A stretch of DNA of 57,431 nucleotides, counting the filler, from Diploschistes diacapsis (Eukaryota): NCBI GenBank assembly GCA_023645945.1. It is 7 parts of 7 records of this genome, joined end to end, with 100 filler letters (N's around TTAATTAATTAA, not from the genome) between each part and the next. Parts side by side here need not be neighbours in the genome. Positions count along the whole stretch, not along the records: positions 49,328 to 57,431 come from JALAIB010001196.1; 6 more parts are not named here. One strand, given 5' to 3'. The number at the start of each line of letters is the position of its first letter. Position 1 is the first letter of the stretch. A program made the translations under genes and the position numbers. Positions 51,976 to 57,431 of this stretch are shown one piece after another. Under the pieces are notes generated by a model. The model made no database searches. It was not told where the DNA came from and saw nothing but the letters and a program-made list of their open reading frames with translations.

Positions 51976-52633
51976 ATGTCTACAGCAGCTCGCCGCCGTC
52001 TCATGAGAGACTTTAAGGTGGGTTCCAAACCGGCTCTCCTTGGCACCTTGGTCTAAGTCTCGTTTTCCACCCTAAAGCGGGTGTGATATCTCTATCAGAC
52101 CTGCTAACTTTATTTCAACAGAGAATGCAAACAGATCCACCAGCCGGCGTCTCAGCGTCGCCCATTGCCGACAACGTCATGACCTGGTGAGCTCGCTTAC
52201 GGTTGGAGTCTGAGCATTACTAAGAGGAGTAGGAATGCTGTTATTATTGGCCCAGCAGACACTCCTTTCGAGGATGGAACATTTCGCCTAGTTATGCACT
52301 TTGAGGAGCAATACCCGAACAAGCCGCCAGGAGTAAAGTTCATTAGCCAAATGTTCCACCCCAATGTTTACGGAACTGGAGAGCTTTGCTTGGATATCTT
52401 GCAGAATCGGTGGAGTCCGACATACGACGTAGCTGCCATCCTGACGAGCATTCAAAGGTATGAGGAGGATTCAAAAGGACAGAATCTACCTAACATTATC
52501 ATCATTCAGTCTTCTCAACGACCCCAATACATCCTCGCCTGCCAATGTCGAAGCATCCAATCTTTTCAAGGATAACAAGCGTGAATACGTCAAGCGTGTG
52601 AGGGAGACTGTTGAGAAGAGCTGGGAAGATTAG
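51976..52633 (+). CDS. RAD6: Ubiquitin-conjugating enzyme E2 Rad6/Ubc2; 3 introns
   Basis: [58 protein letters not shown] and VEKSWED*. Confidence 0.97.
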
Positions 52634-53583
52634 GCTCAGAGCTTTCACAACAATAAGCGACCACGGAACCAGCAGGACTAGAGGGGTTATCGAGCAAACG
52701 TGCACGTGGCACATCAGTCAAATATATTGTCAAATACAACGAGGCAGGCCGCAGAGCACATAAGAAATGCCCTTACGCTTTCGGTAGGCATGCCATCATA
52801 GCGAGGGGTTCCGGCGTTTGTAGGACATTCCGATCTTCTGGTCATAGCGAGATCCTCGCAGGGCTGTCTTTTCGGTCACGATATTGAGGAAACCCGGTGT
52901 TCATAGATTGGCTAGCGAATAACATGTATGTGTGAACAGTGCCTAGACCACGTTGCTGTTACCTTTATCAGCTTGAGCGTACCCATTATGATACAACCTT
53001 CTTGGGAAAATACCGTTGCTTGCTACACATCATGGATTGCTTGGACACGGCTAGCCTCAGCGGCCAACGATGCCACCGCTCAAGCATGACCATCACCAGC
53101 TCTTTGTATCGATCCCATTATATTGCAAGAACTTGCCATTCCCTCGTGGTAGAATACCAAAGGCAGTCAGCCTTGGCTTGGAAAGGCAAAGGGTCCATAT
53201 CACGTGCTTGCTTGTTGCTAGCTCCACAAATCCCTGCAACGGTGGATTCAGAGACCGATGAGCCGCGCTAGAGGGCCGTTCGAAGTCGTTTACCGTTTTA
53301 TAGTCAACAAACGAAGTATGCCTGTCAGATACAAGTTCACAAAGAAGCCTGGCATGACTCTGTGTTGCCTTTGTGCCTCTGTTCTTGCTACTTGACGCTT
53401 CAAGACCCTAAATCCATTGGTCATGTTTAATCTTGCACTACTTCCAACTTGAATTGCGATCGACTGCAGTGCCGATTACCGCCACTTTATATCAATCATT
53501 GGTTCTTACCTTTCCATATCGACATAACAGAAATAAGCCAGCGGCAAAAATCTGCATCGGGGAATAACTAGTCAATTATCAGA

Positions 53584-56500
53584 ATGGCGTAGGTAGGGCT
53601 AGGGAAGTTCAAAGGAATCATGCTAAGTTTTGTCTTCAGGGGTGCAGCGGGGAAAAGTGGTGATAATTCAATCAAAGGTACGTTTTGTCTTGCGAGTCTC
53701 AGGGGCGCTTCGAGACCGGTAACTAACTTTCAGCAGTGGTCGCTCGGTTTCGCCCGCCAAACAAAGCGGAGATAGCAAGTGGTGGAGAGGCTATCGTGGA
53801 GTTTGAGACCGAAGACACTTGTGCTATTAATGTCTGTTCCCGACTCCACTGAAAGAGTGCTAACCTGACTTTCCTCTAGGCTCGGGATGCCTCAGGTGCT
53901 TTTACTTTTGATCGAGTATTCGATACGAATTCGAGGCAGTCCGATATATTTGATTTTTCAATCCGGTCCACTGTGGATGACATTCTCAACGGCTATAATG
54001 GCACAGTCTTTGCTTACGGGCAGACTGGAGCGGGTAAATCGTTTACAATGATGGGCTCCGACATTGACAACCCAGAAATGAAAGGGATAATACCCCGTAT
54101 AGTGGAGCAGATCTTTGCCAGTATCCTGGCAAGTCCTGGCAACATCGAGTACACCGTTCGGGTCAGCTACATGGAGATCTACATGGAAAGAATTAGGGAT
54201 TTGCTTCAACCGCAGAACGATAACCTGCCTGTTCATGAAGAGAAGAGCAGGGGTGTTTATGTCAAAGGTCTCTTGGAAATATACGTATCCAGTGTTCAAG
54301 AAGTCTACGAGGTCATGAGAAGAGGAGGTGCAGCCAGGGCAGTCGCAGCTACCAACATGAATCAGGAGTCTTCGCGTTCGCATTCGATCTTTGTTGTCAC
54401 CATTACACAGAAAAACGTAGAAACGGGATCTGCGAAGAGCGGGCAGCTGTTCCTGGTCGATCTGGCCGGCAGCGAAAAGGTGGGCAAGACTGGCGCAAGC
54501 GGTCAAACTTTAGAAGAAGCAAAGAAGATCAACAAGAGTTTGAGCGCCCTGGGCATGGTCATTAACTCCCTTACGGACGGAAAGTCGACCCACATCCCTT
54601 ATCGAGACTCCAAACTCACAAGGATATTGCAAGAGTCTCTCGGCGGTAACTCTAGAACAACACTGATCATCAACTGCTCGCCAAGCAGCTACAACGCAGA
54701 AGAGACTCTGAGCACTTTGCGGTTCGGTGTCAGGGCGAAGGCTATCAAGAACAAGGCCAAGATTAATGCCGAGCTCAGCCCTACCGAGCTGAGATCTCTT
54801 CTTAAGAAAGCGCAGGCACAGGTTACTACGTACGAGAATTATGTTGCCAGTCTCGAAGGTGAGGTTACCTTATGGCGGGGTGGGGAATCAGTGCCGAAAG
54901 ACAGATGGGCACCTCGACTCACTGGTGATGGTGTTGCCGGACTTCGCGCTGAAGCCCGACCACTACCACGACCGGGAACACCCTCACTATTACAGACAGA
55001 GTCTCGCGCCGAAACCCCGAGTCGCTCAGATTCAAGGCTCGGGGATCGCTCAGGAACCCCAAGCCTCGTCCTGGAAAAAGATGAACGAGAAGAATTCCTA
55101 CGGCGGGAAAACGAGTTGCAAGATCAGTTGGCAGACAAGGAAAGCCAAGTCGCGAACGCTGAAAAGAGCTTGGAGGATGCACGGGCAGAACTACGGATAC
55201 TCAAGGAGTCTGGTTCGCGCGCAGGCGAAGACAACCAGAAATTGGCTTCCGAGGTCAATGAGCTCAAAATGCACATAGAGCGGGTTGCCTACGAAAGCAA
55301 AGAAGCTAGCATCACCATGGATGGACTGAAGGAAGCCAACTCCGAGCTCACGAGCGAGCTGGACGATGTCAAGCAGCAATTGCTCGATGCAAGGATGAGC
55401 GCCAAGGAGACGGGTGCAGTTCCAGACGAGAAGCACAAGAAGAAGGCAGAGCGGATGGCGCAGATGATGGCCGGCTTCGACGTTGAAACTGACATGGCTT
55501 CCGAGAACGAGAAGAAGATCCGAAATATCGTAGACCAGGTCGACTCGCTCTACGAGGCAAGCGCTTCAGGGGCACTTGTATCACCCGATCACCTAGGGAA
55601 CCTCAAAAGTAGTCTTACAGAAGCGCAAAGCATCGTGCGACAGGCGGACTTGAGCCTGAGCAGGAAGTTGGACTCAGACGACGAACAGACCCGCCGAAGA
55701 CAAGCTCTAGAGGAGCGACTATCATCTGTTCAGAAAGAGTATCAAAGTCTATTGGAGCGCAATCTCCCCGAGGCGGACGTCGCTGGACTCAAGTCGCGGC
55801 TCGAAAGGACGTACGCTGCCTCGTCAGAGTTCCAAGCTGGCAGCGTCGTAAACCTGCAGGAAGACATAACCCGCAAGATGGAGGAGAACCAGCAACTACG
55901 AACCCAAATAGAGAACCTTCAGCGCAGCGCCAAGGCCGCATCCACAAAAGGCGTCCATTCCTCACACAACGGGAAGACCGTCCAGCAACAAATCGCCGAC
56001 TTCGACGTCATGAAGAAGTCACTCATGCGCGACCTGCAGAATCGGTGCGAGCGTGTTGTCGAGCTCGAGATATCCCTCGACGAAACCCGCGAGCAGTACA
56101 ACAACGTCCTCCGCACGTCGAACAACAAGCAGCAGCAGAAGAAAATGGCCTTCCTCGAGCGCAACCTCGAGCAGCTGACGCACGTGCAGCGTCAGCTCGT
56201 TGAACAGAACAGCAGTCTCAAGAAGGAAGTGGCGATCGCCGAGCGCAAGCTCATCGCCCGAAACGACCGCATACATAGCCTCGAGGCTCTGTTAGGCGAC
56301 AGCCAGGAAAAGCTTACGGCTGCTAATCATAGGTATGCTCGCCCGATCCTGCTTTGGTTTGTTGGGAACCTGCTGACATGATCTTTCACTTAGGTTTGAA
56401 GCCCAGCTCTCAGCCGTCAAGGAGCGTCTGGAAGCCGCCAAGCTCGGTTCGACGCGCGGTCTGGCCGCCCATGCGGACGGCGGCAGCGGCGGCGGGGGCT

Positions 56501-56673
56501 TCAGCTTTAGCAGCATGGGCTCGCGCATAGCCAAACCGCTGCGAGGTGGTGGCGCCGGCGTGGATGGCCACAGCGGTGGGGGGCCTGTTGTACCCACGCT
56601 GAGCAATCTACAGATACAGGAAACGGGCGAGGGGAGGAGTAAGCGGAGTAGCTGGTTCTTTGATCGGCGGTAA
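53584..56673 (+). CDS. kinA: Kinesin-1 heavy chain (KinA/Nkin); 3 short 5' introns and one 3' intron
   Basis: NSIKVVARFRP, GQTGAGKS, NQESSRSH, LVDLAGSE, HIPYRDSKLT, MKKSLMRDLQNRCERVVELE, tail RIAKPLRGG and KRSSWFF. Confidence 0.96.
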
Positions 56674-57431
56674 GTATCCCGAGTGAATATTAGAGTAGCG
56701 TGGGACGAATGGGAAAGGGGGCTTTTCTGTGGCGCGTGGTGGCATGTCATCTTCTTTCTCTCAGTCGTATTCTACCTCATCATTCACAGCGGCGAAAGGC
56801 AGCATCACGGTAAGGTTGTTTTGGCAATGGGCACCGGGCGGGCATATACCCTGCATTTACACATGTGCGGGCGCTCATGCAAGGGTATGAGGGACGAAAG
56901 ACATGCAGCACAAGTTAAACTATGTTATTCTGTGCGAAAGCCAGATCCACTTTATATTAGGACCTACTTCTCAAGGACATCGGGTACCTGTATACAACTT
57001 TCGAAGGTATTTTCCGTAGCAATAGCCGGCGATGATATCCCGGGATTCTTGCTGCTTTTGCATGAAGAGGCCATCATTCATAGCCTAGTAGAGTTAGTCG
57101 AAAACCCATTCAAGGTATGTTGCTGGAAGGCGACCTGACGAAAGGGTATTGATGGTTTCTACGCCGTTTAGAGTACGGATGTTTTTAACAAGGTCCCCCT
57201 TAGAAAACCCTTAGCAAACACGTTGCTAGTAAATCTACGCGAACAATAAAAACCTTTTGACGCGACTTCTCTCTTTACCATCCCCAGTCCCGCCGACAAA
57301 CCCCCTCCATTCCTCCGCCTCAGGACCCCTTCTATTACACAAAAAAAGGGAACAAAAAGAATCAACATCCTTAAAAAACCTCGGCCATCATCACCACCAC
57401 TTTCCTCTCCCAACCTTTCTCACTACCGACC

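Noticed and set aside
57168..57413. Minus-strand ORF at the window end
   Set aside because: No recognisable motif and no ATG start; low-complexity contig end.

Overview
Eukaryotic DNA from a filamentous ascomycete (Pezizomycotina-type genes, short GT-AG introns, RIP-like AT-rich relics). The window is not one locus. It is seven contigs of 8138, 8138, 8126, 8112, 8109, 8104 and 8104 bp joined by identical 100-bp spacers (N44-TTAATTAATTAA-N44), i.e. a size-sorted concatenation, so adjacency across gaps carries no biological meaning. Recognisable genes: PEBP-family protein, secreted beta-propeller protein, RDH54/RAD54B-like SNF2 ATPase, AZF1-like C2H2 factor, ERG3, CAP/PR-1 protein, SPATA20/YyaL-like protein, RPL8 (eL8), PHO23-like ING protein, DSC2, YGR210C-like OBG GTPase, FacB/Acu-15, carnitine carrier (AcuH/CRC1), ERG10-type thiolase, RAD6 and kinesin-1. 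Features the ORF track misses: (i) a two-exon gene for a small secreted pre-pro-peptide with a C-C-CC-C-C (knottin-like) core and an acidic tail, next to a complete RIP-mutated Tc1 (DD34E) element; (ii) a RIP-type-mutated GH27 alpha-galactosidase pseudogene fused in frame to an unrelated coiled-coil ORF; (iii) a Fot1/pogo-like relic interrupted by a palindrome-rich, possibly hAT-like, terminus. Family assignments rest on recalled motifs; no database search was run.
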